Origin: a virus
IMG/VR virus record: IMGVR_UViG_3300045988_126112
Location: 179,965 to 243,964 of that record
Length of the DNA stretch: 64,000 nucleotides
Reading direction: 5' to 3' (one strand)
Shown piece by piece: positions 1 through 9,708 of the stretch (positions are counted from its first letter, which is position 1; each line of letters starts with the position of its first letter). The position numbers and the translations under genes were made by a program. Under the pieces are notes generated by a model. It was not told the origin of the DNA. It did no database searches and saw only the letters and a list, made by a program, of their open reading frames with translations.

Positions 1-669
1 TTCTATAAAGAAAACATTAGAAAAGGATACAATAAAGAATTTGACTACTATACAATGGGAGAAACAAAAGAAGAAATATTATCAGAATTAGATACAAATG
101 CTAGAGATAAAAAAGCTGCTAGAGATAATTTTAGATATACTTCAGATGAAATTGTAAACAGTAGTGCACTTCTATTTAATGAAGAATTTGTAAAAGGCAA
201 AATTAAATTAGAAGACTTAGCAGAAGTAGAAAGAAATAAAGATGGAAAGATATTACATTATAAAGTAAAACCAGAATATTGTGTATCAGAAGAAGCAGAA
301 TTTAAATATGATGAAAAAGGTAATCCAATTCATGTAAATTTTAATAATAAAGAATACGAAATACAAAAAATCTATGATACTAAAGGTAGAATAGCACAAA
401 TAGTTTATTATATAGATGGAGAATTTGTATATAAAGAATCTACTTCATATTATGAAAATTATGAAGAAACATTATGCCATACAGGTGCTTATCAAAATAT
501 TAATAGACGATATTATGATGATAAGAAAAGACCATTAGTTGAATTTATATCTGATGGTATCGAATTTAACAAAGATGATATTTCAGCTATTTCAACTTAT
601 GAATATCTTGACAATGGAGATGTAATAGAAGAAAGTCTTATTATAAGTGATGGAGTATACAATTTATAA
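1..669 (+). CDS. YD/RHS-repeat-like small protein, probably 5'-partial (paralog of 1603..2376 and 2397..3218)
   Basis: Frame is open from base 1 with no stop, and there is no RBS before the ATG at 55. Repeated Y-[DN]-x-x-G-x-[LIP] segments (FKYDEKGNPI, KIYDTKGRIA). Confidence 0.55.
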   Translation, partial: FYKENIRKGYNKEFDYYTMGETKEEILSELDTNARDKKAARDNFRYTSDEIVNSSALLFNEEFVKGKIKLEDLAEVERNKDGKILHYKVKPEYCVSEEAEFKYDEKGNPIHVNFNNKEYEIQKIYDTKGRIAQIVYYIDGEFVYKESTSYYENYEETLCHTGAYQNINRRYYDDKKRPLVEFISDGIEFNKDDISAISTYEYLDNGDVIEESLIISDGVYNL

Positions 670-707
670 AAATATAGATGTAAAAACTAAATAATAAGTA
701 AGTCTAA

Positions 708-740
708 AAGAGAGATAGTCATGACTATCTCTCTTTAAAA
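708..740 (+). terminator. intrinsic terminator
   Basis: Stem AAGAGAGATAGTC / GACTATCTCTCTT with a 2-nt loop. Confidence 0.6.
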
Positions 741-768
741 TATTATATAATTTTAGGAGGAATGTTAT

Positions 769-1359
769 ATGTTAACAAGAGAACAAGTTATAAGTAGAAG
801 AGATGTACAAGAAGCTATAAAAAGCTGTGGAAGTGTATTTAGTAAAGTTGATTTTGATGAATTAGTTTTCTCAAATCGTCATGATGGAAAAGACTATTTC
901 ATAATAGAAAACAATCTTTTTAGAGATGAAAATCAAAGATATCTATATGAATTAAGAATAGGACATGATGAAGTTTATTATGATACAGCATTAATATTAT
1001 TAGATAAAGATGCAAATATAATAGAAGGAACTGAAGCAGAACTAAATGATGTATGGTCTTGTGGAGACTGGAAAATAGTAAGAGGATGCCAATTCTGCTG
1101 TGAAACTAATGGAGTCTTATTAACTTCAATGGAAAATGGAGAAGACACAATATATTCAACTATAAGAATGGATATGGAAGCTTTACAAATAGACAATGAA
1201 TTAGCATATCAACAAAAAGATGATACAAAACATTGTTATGGTAAATGGTCAGACACAGGTATCAATATAAACTTCTGTCCAGTTTGTGGTAGAAGATTAA
1301 GAAGTAGAGATGATGAGTTAATACCTTATAAAGGAATTAACTTAGATTTAAATCATTAA
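769..1359 (+). CDS. hypothetical protein with putative C-terminal zinc ribbon
   Basis: AGGAGG 8 nt upstream of the ATG. Cys pairs CQFCC and CPVCGRRL. Follows terminator 708..740. Confidence 0.6.
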   Translation: MLTREQVISRRDVQEAIKSCGSVFSKVDFDELVFSNRHDGKDYFIIENNLFRDENQRYLYELRIGHDEVYYDTALILLDKDANIIEGTEAELNDVWSCGDWKIVRGCQFCCETNGVLLTSMENGEDTIYSTIRMDMEALQIDNELAYQQKDDTKHCYGKWSDTGININFCPVCGRRLRSRDDELIPYKGINLDLNH

Positions 1360-1369
1360 TACAACTAGT

Positions 1370-1404
1370 CAAGGGAGATTTCTATCTTCCTTGGTTATTT
1401 TTTT
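1370..1404 (+). terminator. intrinsic terminator
   Basis: CAAGGGA / TTCCTTG stem, then GTTATTTTTTT. Confidence 0.5.
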
Positions 1405-1418
1405 AAGGAGAGATTGAC

Positions 1419-1583
1419 ATGAAAAAAGAAAAAACTAATTGTTGTGATTGTAAAAATTTTGATCAAGTGAAAACTTACTTAAGTGGAAAAAATTCTTATT
1501 TCTGCAAATATAAATTTAAATGGGTAAGTTCAGTATTTAGTAAATTGAGATCAAAATACTGTAAAGGATTTAAAAGAAAATAA
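1419..1583 (+). CDS. small basic Cys-rich protein (54 aa)
   Basis: ORF below the track cutoff: MKKEKTNCCDCKNFDQ...KYCKGFKRK. AAGGAG 8 nt upstream; 5 Cys. Confidence 0.45.
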   Translation: MKKEKTNCCDCKNFDQVKTYLSGKNSYFCKYKFKWVSSVFSKLRSKYCKGFKRK

Positions 1584-1602
1584 TTATTGGAGGTAAGTTA
1601 TT

Positions 1603-2376
1603 ATGATAAAAACATTATTAAACGAAAAGGAATATGAAGAATATTTAAATTTAAGAAAAGCTGTTGATGCTTTAGTAAAGACAGTAAATAGTTATTCAGT
1701 AAGTAGACATACCAATTATTCAATGTTAACAGGTATGGGTACTAATTTTATTATAACACATCAAGAACTTAATTCAAAATTTTCAAATAAAGAAGAATCT
1801 TTAGTTGAACAACATTTTGTAAATTGTTTGAATACTAAGAATATGGAAAAATGTGATGTTTTATATAGCAATTCTATATTTAATATAAGAGTAAAAAGAA
1901 ATCATGGAAACTTAGTTAGATATAGTAAATATTTAATTAGAAGTGGAAATATAGCTAGTGACTTAAAACAGAAATTTGATGAGAATGATAGACTTATTGA
2001 ATCTATAAAACATGATTATGATAATAGTATAGATGAATTTAGTACAATAACTTGTAAATATAGTTATAATACTAAAGGAGAATTGTTTAAATATATAAAA
2101 ACAAAAACAAGAACTGAAAATGGAAAAACTGAGCATCTGTATACAGATGAAAGAGTTAGAGTATTTGAAACAATAAATGGTATAGAATTTAATAAATTTA
2201 AAAATAATATTTCAGATGAAACTATGTACACATATATATTAGATAAAGATAAACATGTGTGTTCAGAAAAACCAAATCAAATAATACTTAAATATAAGAC
2301 TGATAGAGGAATTTCAATTGATGAAAGATACAATCTTAATATAGATGTATTTAATATTTGTAATCAAAATATGTAA
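1603..2376 (+). CDS. YD/RHS-repeat-like small protein (paralog family)
   Basis: GGAGG RBS. KYSYNTKGELFKY and related repeats. Similar length and repeat style to 2397..3218. Confidence 0.6.
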   Translation: MIKTLLNEKEYEEYLNLRKAVDALVKTVNSYSVSRHTNYSMLTGMGTNFIITHQELNSKFSNKEESLVEQHFVNCLNTKNMEKCDVLYSNSIFNIRVKRNHGNLVRYSKYLIRSGNIASDLKQKFDENDRLIESIKHDYDNSIDEFSTITCKYSYNTKGELFKYIKTKTRTENGKTEHLYTDERVRVFETINGIEFNKFKNNISDETMYTYILDKDKHVCSEKPNQIILKYKTDRGISIDERYNLNIDVFNICNQNM

Positions 2377-2396
2377 ATAAAGGGAGGAATAATAAT

Positions 2397-3218
2397 ATGA
2401 AACTAGATTATATTTATAACCAATTACAAGGAAATGAAGAAATAGAAGGATATAAATCTTTATTATGTATAGTAGAAAACTTAATGGATAAAGTATTTAT
2501 TGATAAACCATATGCTAAATTTTCTCATATAAGACATATGGGTGATTATAAAATATATACTCCATTTGGAAGCATAAACAGAAGTCTTTTAAGAAGTATA
2601 ACAAATAAAGGTGAGTTTAAGGATGCATCTATAAATGATAAATACGTTAAAAATGATATTAAATTTAATAATAATCAATATAAAGATGGTACTGAAGTTA
2701 CTCAATCTGGAAATAATAGTATAACTATAAAAGATTATGAGAATTATCTTTTAGTAAGAGAAAGAAGATATTATAAAGGTGAATTATCTGTAGATAAAGC
2801 TTATAAATATAATACTAATGGAAATCTTACATTTGAAAGATATGATGATTATAATAATTTAGGAGAACTAAATTATACAAATATTACGTCTATAAGTTAT
2901 GACGATAAAAATATTTATAAAGAAATGAAAACTTCTACTATATTTGGATATCCTTATGAAAACACATTATGTGAATATATAAAAGTAGGAGATGGGTTAT
3001 TTAAGGATTTCTATGAATGTAGAAAATATTCTAAAGAAGATGGTCAATCTGAATATGTAAAAGAAAGCTACAGAAATAGATCATATTTATATTTCTTAGA
3101 TAATGATGTTAATAATTATATCGAAGTAGTGTGTTTTAGAAATAAAATAGAAGTGATTAAAATCCACTATGTTGATACTTCAATAGAAATAGATGAAGTA
3201 TTTGATATAGTAAGTTAA
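2397..3218 (+). CDS. YD/RHS-repeat-like small protein (paralog family)
   Basis: GGGAGG RBS. YKYNTNGNLTFERYDDYNNLGEL repeat segments. Confidence 0.6.
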   Translation: MKLDYIYNQLQGNEEIEGYKSLLCIVENLMDKVFIDKPYAKFSHIRHMGDYKIYTPFGSINRSLLRSITNKGEFKDASINDKYVKNDIKFNNNQYKDGTEVTQSGNNSITIKDYENYLLVRERRYYKGELSVDKAYKYNTNGNLTFERYDDYNNLGELNYTNITSISYDDKNIYKEMKTSTIFGYPYENTLCEYIKVGDGLFKDFYECRKYSKEDGQSEYVKESYRNRSYLYFLDNDVNNYIEVVCFRNKIEVIKIHYVDTSIEIDEVFDIVS

Positions 3219-3228
3219 TATCAAATAG

Positions 3229-3265
3229 CCAGCAAGGAGAAATCCTTGCTGGTTTTATTTTTTTA
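3229..3265 (+). terminator. intrinsic terminator
   Basis: CCAGCAAGGA gaaa TCCTTGCTGG, then a T-run. Confidence 0.8.
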
Positions 3266-3301
3266 AAAAATTCTTAACAATGATTAAACGCCCATATAAA
3301 C

Positions 3302-3311
3302 ATATATTATA
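3302..3311 (+). promoter_or_regulatory. ATATATTATA promoter-like box
   Basis: Exact 10-mer, 36 nt before the ATG of the beta-prime N gene and downstream of terminator 3229..3265. Confidence 0.45.
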
Positions 3312-3346
3312 TTATTGAAATAAAATAATGATTGGAGGTAGAGATA

Positions 3347-4840
3347 ATGTATCCAGATTTTAAAGATTTTGAATGCACAACTAAATTAGAGATTGTTAAC
3401 TTAGATGCATTCAGAATAGAGAGCATTAGAACAGGAAGAGGGTTTAGAGTTAAGTCGAATTACAAAAATATAAAGAAAGAGCTAAAGAATCCAGATGGAA
3501 TTTATTCAAATAAATTTGGTAGAACTTTAGCAGACGTAGATGAGTATGGTAACAGATATAAATGTGATTGTGGTAAAACAATCTCAAGAATTAATGAAGG
3601 AACCACTTGCCCATATTGTCATACTAAAGTAAAATATGTAGATGATGATTTTGGTTATAATGGTTTCTTAGTGCTTGATGATTATTATATAATTCATCCA
3701 AAGATGTTTGAAACTTTAAAGAGATTCTTTGGAGCTGAAACATTAAATAATATCATCAAATATAATGATGATAAAGATATTAATGGTTATAGTAATCTTA
3801 TCAATCCAAATAGAACTAAAGATGAACCATTCTTTGGTATAGGAATGATAGCATTTAAAGAAAGATTTATGGAGATAATTAATTATTATCGAAATAAGAA
3901 TAAAAACAAAATCAAATATTATGATGATATTATAAATAATATTGATAAAGTATTTACACAAACAATAGTAGTTTTTACTACGTTACTGAGAGCTACTAAG
4001 AATGATCCAAATATATTAAAATATGAACCATCAAATGAATTATATATGATAATGTCTAGTTTAGTATATAATATAAATCAGACTGGTTCAAAAGTGTATA
4101 AAGCAATTAAACCTAAAGCAGAATTACTTTATGATTTACAATGTAAACAAGAAGAAATGTATGATATGATTCTTGTTTTATTATCTGGTAAAAGAGGAAA
4201 ACTTAGAGGAGTATTTGGTGGTAGATATAACTTTACAGCAAGGGTAGTTATAGTACCAGAACCAAAATTAAGAGTTGACCAAGTAATAATGCCATATCAG
4301 TCAATGATTGAATTAGAAAAGCAAAGAATATTAAATGTACTTGAAAAAGTTCATGGTTCAGCTGCATTAGCAAATTCAATATATGAGGATTCTATAAGAG
4401 TTAAGAATCCTGAAATAATAGCTATAATAAGACAGTTGATAAAAGATGATTCAACAGGACAAGGGATTCCAGTATTAGTTAATAGAAACCCAACATTATC
4501 TTATGGGTCTATACAACAAATGTTTGTAGTTGATGTTTGTGAATCATATACTTTAAAAATGCCATTACAAATCTTACCATATTTCAATGCAGATTTCGAT
4601 GGTGACGTTCTTAATGTACACAGAATCCAATCTAAAGTATTCTATGAACATGCTTATCAAGTATTTAATCCTAGAAATGCAATGTATATTAATATGAATG
4701 ATGGATTAGTATCAACAAGTATATTACCATATAAAGATATTCTTATAAATTCTAATACATTATTATATGAATATAGACAAGGATATAGTGAAGAACAATT
4801 AGCTGATATAAGAAGATTTAAAGAAAGACATTCTGCTTAA
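3347..4840 (+). CDS. multisubunit RNA polymerase beta-prime, N-terminal module (stand-alone)
   Basis: Zinc ribbon YKCDCGK...CPYCH; GKRGKLRGVFGGRYNFTARVVIVPEP; NRNPTLSYGSIQ; catalytic YFNADFDGDVLNVH. Start moved to the ATG at 3347 (GGAGG 8 nt upstream) from the track TTG at 3332. Confidence 0.9.
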   Translation: MYPDFKDFECTTKLEIVNLDAFRIESIRTGRGFRVKSNYKNIKKELKNPDGIYSNKFGRTLADVDEYGNRYKCDCGKTISRINEGTTCPYCHTKVKYVDDDFGYNGFLVLDDYYIIHPKMFETLKRFFGAETLNNIIKYNDDKDINGYSNLINPNRTKDEPFFGIGMIAFKERFMEIINYYRNKNKNKIKYYDDIINNIDKVFTQTIVVFTTLLRATKNDPNILKYEPSNELYMIMSSLVYNINQTGSKVYKAIKPKAELLYDLQCKQEEMYDMILVLLSGKRGKLRGVFGGRYNFTARVVIVPEPKLRVDQVIMPYQSMIELEKQRILNVLEKVHGSAALANSIYEDSIRVKNPEIIAIIRQLIKDDSTGQGIPVLVNRNPTLSYGSIQQMFVVDVCESYTLKMPLQILPYFNADFDGDVLNVHRIQSKVFYEHAYQVFNPRNAMYINMNDGLVSTSILPYKDILINSNTLLYEYRQGYSEEQLADIRRFKERHSA

Positions 4841-4850
4841 TAAAAGAAGG

Positions 4851-4885
4851 CAAAGGACTATGTTCCTTTGTCTTTTTATTTTTTG
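4851..4885 (+). terminator. intrinsic terminator
   Basis: CAAAGGA ctatgt TCCTTTG, then TCTTTTTATTTTTT. Confidence 0.7.
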
Positions 4886-4914
4886 TAAACACTATAGAAA
4901 CGGAGGTGGTTACA

Positions 4915-6204
4915 TTGAGGAATGATGGAAATTATGATACTAGTAAACCTGATGAGTTGTATCAGACTATAACTACACCATCAGTTATCAATTCATATTC
5001 TATAGCTATGCAATATATAAAAGATTGGTTTTTTAGTAAATTTGACGAAAACTATTTTAAAGCTAAATATATTGAACAACGTCATCCATTAGATGATTTT
5101 AGGAAACTTTCTACAATAAATAAAGGATTGAAAAAATTAAAACCTTCAGTATCTATAGGATCTCAAATATCATTAGATTATACTAGAGATACAATAGATT
5201 TATATCAAGCATCACCAAATGATTTTCTTAGAAGAACTAAGTTTAATAATGCCTTCTTTATGGATAAACAAAGAAATTTAAACTTAAGTGTAATGTTTGA
5301 AGTCTTGGAAATAAATTTTAATTTTAAAATACGTGTTGGTACTAGAGCTCAACAAATAGACTTATACAAATATCTAATTATTGCATTTAGATTCGGAGCA
5401 ACACAAGGAGAAGAACTAACAATGGATTGTCATATTCCTTATCCAATTATGATACAAATAGCATCAGATGCTGGATTTGAAGTTAAAGATGACAAAGTAG
5501 TAGATATAATTGGATTTATGAGATATATGAATAAACATTCAGTAGTTCCAATATTATATAAGTATAGAACTATAAATGGTAAAGATGAATACTTTATGAG
5601 AGTAAGTAATTTATATACACATATATCTTGTTTAGATTTTCCAACAGTAGATGATGGAGAACAAAATAATCAAATATATACAAATTATATGATTGAATTT
5701 AATATCATATTAAAAATACCTTCACCACAATTTTATGCATATCATTCTAATAAAATTCATGATAAAATTGAAGGAGTTACAAAACGTATTAAAGGAGATA
5801 GTGTTGGTTTATGTAATATAAAGATTCCTACTATACCAGAAGTAGATCAACATGGATGGAATCAATATCTATTAACTGAATATTATTCTGATGAGATAGA
5901 AAAATGTATTGATATAGATATGAAAGAGCTATTTGAAAATAGTGATATATTTTCAGCTGTAAAACAAAGTAGAGATATGTATATTTCTCCAGCTGTATTT
6001 ATTAATCTTATATTCTTTAATAATGGTGATGTAGTTCCATATAAAATAGACTGGGAAACATTTAAAGTTACATTACTTGAACCAATATATGGACACGTTG
6101 TACAAATATCAATGTATGCTGATATAGATTATTTAAAGACTACAATTTATAATCAAGAAAAATTTAAAGAAAGATATTCAAAATCTATAGATGATAAAAA
6201 ATAG
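4915..6204 (+). CDS. hypothetical protein
   Basis: Long ORF with no recognised motif. The track GTG at 4906 lies inside the GGAGG, so the TTG at 4915 (8-nt spacer) is preferred. Confidence 0.6.
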   Translation: MRNDGNYDTSKPDELYQTITTPSVINSYSIAMQYIKDWFFSKFDENYFKAKYIEQRHPLDDFRKLSTINKGLKKLKPSVSIGSQISLDYTRDTIDLYQASPNDFLRRTKFNNAFFMDKQRNLNLSVMFEVLEINFNFKIRVGTRAQQIDLYKYLIIAFRFGATQGEELTMDCHIPYPIMIQIASDAGFEVKDDKVVDIIGFMRYMNKHSVVPILYKYRTINGKDEYFMRVSNLYTHISCLDFPTVDDGEQNNQIYTNYMIEFNIILKIPSPQFYAYHSNKIHDKIEGVTKRIKGDSVGLCNIKIPTIPEVDQHGWNQYLLTEYYSDEIEKCIDIDMKELFENSDIFSAVKQSRDMYISPAVFINLIFFNNGDVVPYKIDWETFKVTLLEPIYGHVVQISMYADIDYLKTTIYNQEKFKERYSKSIDDKK

Positions 6205-6228
6205 ACCATTGGTTTACCCAATGGTCTA
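6202..6228. terminator. bidirectional terminator between convergent genes
   Basis: TAGACCATTGG tttac CCAATGGTCTA. Confidence 0.7.
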
Positions 6229-6234
6229 TTATTA

Positions 6235-6693
6235 TTACTTCATGAAGTTGATTAAATCATTTGTAATGTCAGTCTTTTTTATTATATTATCAGCTACATC
6301 ATCAAATTCTTCAATGTCTATATTTGATTGACGTGATTGATTGTATTTAGTTTCTATCTGTTGATTTAGTTCTTCATCTTCATCAAATATTCTTTCAATT
6401 TCATTAAATATTAAATATTTATTATCTAGCAAATATTTAAATTCATTGTCTAATTCAATTTCTTGAATTACCTTTATATAAATCATTATTTTTATATATT
6501 CTTTATAGTCATAATAATCTGTAATGTTGCATTTTATGTCTTTGATTGAGGATAAAGTAATATAATATATAAAACCTTCCACGCCTTCATTTTCTATTTC
6601 TTCAGTATGTGGTTTAAATACACACATATATAATGAAGATATAAATAAAACACAGTTAAGAATACATATAATAAGTAATATTGTATTTTGCAT
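6235..6693 (-). CDS. membrane-anchored hypothetical protein
   Basis: N-terminal hydrophobic helix ILLIICILNCVLFISSLYMCV. The second ATG has a 9-nt spacer from AGGAG. Confidence 0.55.
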   Translation of the reverse strand: MQNTILLIICILNCVLFISSLYMCVFKPHTEEIENEGVEGFIYYITLSSIKDIKCNITDYYDYKEYIKIMIYIKVIQEIELDNEFKYLLDNKYLIFNEIERIFDEDEELNQQIETKYNQSRQSNIDIEEFDDVADNIIKKTDITNDLINFMK

Positions 6694-6714
6694 ATTTAGC
6701 ATCTCCTTTTTAAA

Positions 6715-7074
6715 TTATTGTTTTTTGTCATCATTTTTCACAAAATAATCTCTCATATAATTTAAAAACTTAACGACACCTTCAACCGAAGTTAGCTTAC
6801 CTAATATATCAAAACCAACTAAGCCAGATATAAAATAAATACTAACTAATGTTTTATTAGTTATTGCAGACATAGCTAATAAATTATCCGTCAAAGAATA
6901 CATTAATACGGATGATGTAATTGCAGATACTGTAATTCTAGTTAAATTAACGTGGTTATCTGTATCTGATAAAGTATTGAATATATCTCTTACAATTGAA
7001 CCTGTAAGAGTAAATATTACAATCATTAAAATTTGATAATGAGCAGATATAAAATACATTATATTGTTTGACAA
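6715..7074 (-). CDS. small multi-TM protein, holin-like
   Basis: 119 aa with 3-4 hydrophobic segments and a charged C-terminal tail (KNDDKKQ). TTG start; start position uncertain. Confidence 0.35.
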   Translation of the reverse strand: MSNNIMYFISAHYQILMIVIFTLTGSIVRDIFNTLSDTDNHVNLTRITVSAITSSVLMYSLTDNLLAMSAITNKTLVSIYFISGLVGFDILGKLTSVEGVVKFLNYMRDYFVKNDDKKQ

Positions 7075-7093
7075 TTTATATCACCCATTTCTT

Positions 7094-8041
7094 TTATTTG
7101 TATTTTTTATTTTGTAAATAAGCAGAACCAAATAAAACTAATGCTAAAATACATACATTCATTATCAAGCTTCTACTTTTATCTATTACATTTGCATTTG
7201 CTTTATCGTGTATTCTACCTATTGCAGCTGTGTAATAAGATAATTCGTTAGAATATTCTTTTAATAGATCATAAATATTAATTCGTTGTACTATAACCAT
7301 CTTATAATTATCTACTTTGTGACCAAGTCCATCAGTATCTTTAATACCAAAAATATCACCATCTTTAGTTATATAAACTGGAACTAGTAATTCATAATTT
7401 TTCATAGAATTTAATCCATCTTCTGAATATATATCTATAAGCTTATCAATATCCATTACTTTTAAATTTCCATTATTTTTATTTTCCCAGAATATATACT
7501 TGGTATTATCGTTTCTTAATATTGTTTCAATAGCTTCTTTATTTAGTTTACTATTTCCTTGTAATCTTAGAAGAGTTTCTATTGATAAAACTTCATCTGG
7601 AGCTTTATCATAAGAAAGTGAATTTCCCCACAATAAACATTTCATAGATAAAACTATAGGTCTATTTACTGTGGTATCTTGATTTATATAAAAATTACCT
7701 AAAGTTTCATTAAATACTCTAGTCAGTCTACTATTTGGTGTGGGGTTATCTATATCTGTATCAAGACCTTCCAAATCCTTTCCATAATATAAATTTAATT
7801 TATGTTGTATATTTTCTAGAACTAAATTTAATGACTTTTCAGTTAATTTATCTTCTTCATTCAATAGCGTTTTAATATAAACCCTTTCTTCTCTTTTTAT
7901 AAAATCGGCTATCTCATTGTAATTAGATATATTATTTCTATAATCATCAAATTGTAAATATGAAAATAGCAATACTATTATTGTTATAATCAAGCATATT
8001 ATGGAAATTTGTTTATGCTTTCCCAGCTTATGACCATTCAT
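7094..8041 (-). CDS. bitopic membrane protein (N- and C-terminal TM helices)
   Basis: AGGAGG RBS. TM segments ISIICLIITIIVLLFSYL and LIMNVCILALVLFGSAYL. Confidence 0.6.
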   Translation of the reverse strand: MNGHKLGKHKQISIICLIITIIVLLFSYLQFDDYRNNISNYNEIADFIKREERVYIKTLLNEEDKLTEKSLNLVLENIQHKLNLYYGKDLEGLDTDIDNPTPNSRLTRVFNETLGNFYINQDTTVNRPIVLSMKCLLWGNSLSYDKAPDEVLSIETLLRLQGNSKLNKEAIETILRNDNTKYIFWENKNNGNLKVMDIDKLIDIYSEDGLNSMKNYELLVPVYITKDGDIFGIKDTDGLGHKVDNYKMVIVQRINIYDLLKEYSNELSYYTAAIGRIHDKANANVIDKSRSLIMNVCILALVLFGSAYLQNKKYK

Positions 8042-8083
8042 TTTTCTTTTACCTCCTTTACTATAGATTTATTAATATGTTAA

Positions 8084-8116
8084 AAAATATAGGGATAGGA
8101 GAAACCCCCTATCCCT
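8084..8116 (-). terminator. intrinsic terminator (minus strand)
   Basis: AGGGATAGG / CCTATCCCT stem. On the minus strand it is followed by TTTTTT. Confidence 0.65.
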
Positions 8117-8123
8117 AACCCTT

Positions 8124-8696
8124 CTATACTGGAGGTCTACTAATCAATGATGGACCACAGTTTTTATATATTTTATAAGTTATATCAGATTCTGTTGTAT
8201 ATTTATCTGTATTTAAATTATAAAAACTTATTTTCATACCAATATCATCATCATAGTTAACTAAACTAAAATCAGTAAGTATTCCATTTAGAAAAATTTC
8301 TAAATAATCTAATTGTGGATCGTAATTAAGAAACTCTGTTAATACATCAGGAATATCCATTCCATAATCATTTGTTACTTTTGATAATACTATTTTATCT
8401 GTAAAAGTTCTTATAGTTGGTTTAGAAAAAGTTAACTGATTCCAATTAGTTCCATCATATCTCCATATATAATTAGTAGCTTTAACTAAATATAATTTAT
8501 TAGATAATGGTTTAGCTAAAGAAGTTCTAGCTTTATCATCATCTACTATTATTAAATCAGCTATTGATTGTCTACCATTTTTAATGGTATCAAAATATAA
8601 TTCGCCAGTATCTGAACAAGAAATCATTTGTCCAGCAGTTACTTTTATCTTCCCAATATTAGCTTTTGTAGTTTCTATTGGTTTAAATAATCCCAT
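8124..8696 (-). CDS. putative virion/baseplate-associated protein
   Basis: GGGAGG 8 nt before the ATG at 8696 (MGLFKPIE). Lies in a translationally coupled operon with 8710..12915. Confidence 0.45.
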   Translation of the reverse strand: MGLFKPIETTKANIGKIKVTAGQMISCSDTGELYFDTIKNGRQSIADLIIVDDDKARTSLAKPLSNKLYLVKATNYIWRYDGTNWNQLTFSKPTIRTFTDKIVLSKVTNDYGMDIPDVLTEFLNYDPQLDYLEIFLNGILTDFSLVNYDDDIGMKISFYNLNTDKYTTESDITYKIYKNCGPSLISRPPV

Positions 8697-8709
8697 TATA
8701 ATTTCCTCC

Positions 8710-9708
8710 CTATTGTAAATATTTGTCACCTAATGTGTTTGATACTATATTTCTATATGCTGTATTAGTTAAATCTAAATCTTTCCATTCAACACCAGCA
8801 TCAGTTTTATATAATACTTGACCTTCTTCACCATCAAATGGTATTCCTTCAGGAATTTTAACTGATTCTAACGATTGAGCACTTATTTCACATGCTTCGG
8901 CTAATGAAGTTAAACTTACTGTGTATTTTGTTCCTATAGTATTGTCAATTATATCGTCGTATTGTTCTTCAGTTATGTCAACATCAGCCCATACAATACC
9001 ATCAGCAGTTCTAACTAATGCTTGACCAGTTATACCATTTTGAGGAAAAGAACTAGGAACTCTTACAGATCTAGTTGCATGATTATTAGTACTTTCACCT
9101 ACTAAATAATCAGCACCTATAGTATTTTGAACTATACTTCTATATTGTTCATCAGTTATGTCAACATCAGCCCAAGCCATTCCACTAACAGTTTTTATTA
9201 GTATTTGACCATTTTCTCCATTTTGTGGTAGAATAACATCATCATCATCTCCAGGATCTACAGTTCCTCCACCTCCAGAAGAATCTTGTTTTTTAAATAG
9301 AGTGAATGTAAATATTATCTCTTCTAAATCGCCATTCCATACACCTTTTATTTTAACTATTTGACCATTTTCAATATTATAATTTACACCTTCATTAATA
9401 GTAATACCATTTTGTTTTACTTCTAAAGTATCACCTTTTGCTATTACTAAACCTATATTTACAGTATTAGTATTTGCAGTTATAGATTGAGTTCTTCTAA
9501 TTATTTTAACTCCATCAGCATTACCTACTATTGGTATAAGCTTATAATTATCAGTAACAGCATATAATTTAGCTTTTTTAATATCTAATACTAATTCATC
9601 TGGTACACCTTTATAAGATTGCTCATACTTTAAAGGTATCATTGGTTTTCTAGAATTGACTTTATTTACTTCACCATAATTATCTTGATATGGTTCTCTA
9701 TGCTTCAT
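8710..9708 (-). CDS. fibre-like structural protein with three internal repeats
   Basis: Gly linker SSGGGGT. Three ~55-aa repeats ending WADVDITDEQYRSIVQNTIGADY / WADVDITEEQYDDIIDNTIGTKY / WKDLDLTNTAYRNIVSNTLGDKY. Confidence 0.55.
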   Translation of the reverse strand: MKHREPYQDNYGEVNKVNSRKPMIPLKYEQSYKGVPDELVLDIKKAKLYAVTDNYKLIPIVGNADGVKIIRRTQSITANTNTVNIGLVIAKGDTLEVKQNGITINEGVNYNIENGQIVKIKGVWNGDLEEIIFTFTLFKKQDSSGGGGTVDPGDDDDVILPQNGENGQILIKTVSGMAWADVDITDEQYRSIVQNTIGADYLVGESTNNHATRSVRVPSSFPQNGITGQALVRTADGIVWADVDITEEQYDDIIDNTIGTKYTVSLTSLAEACEISAQSLESVKIPEGIPFDGEEGQVLYKTDAGVEWKDLDLTNTAYRNIVSNTLGDKYLQ

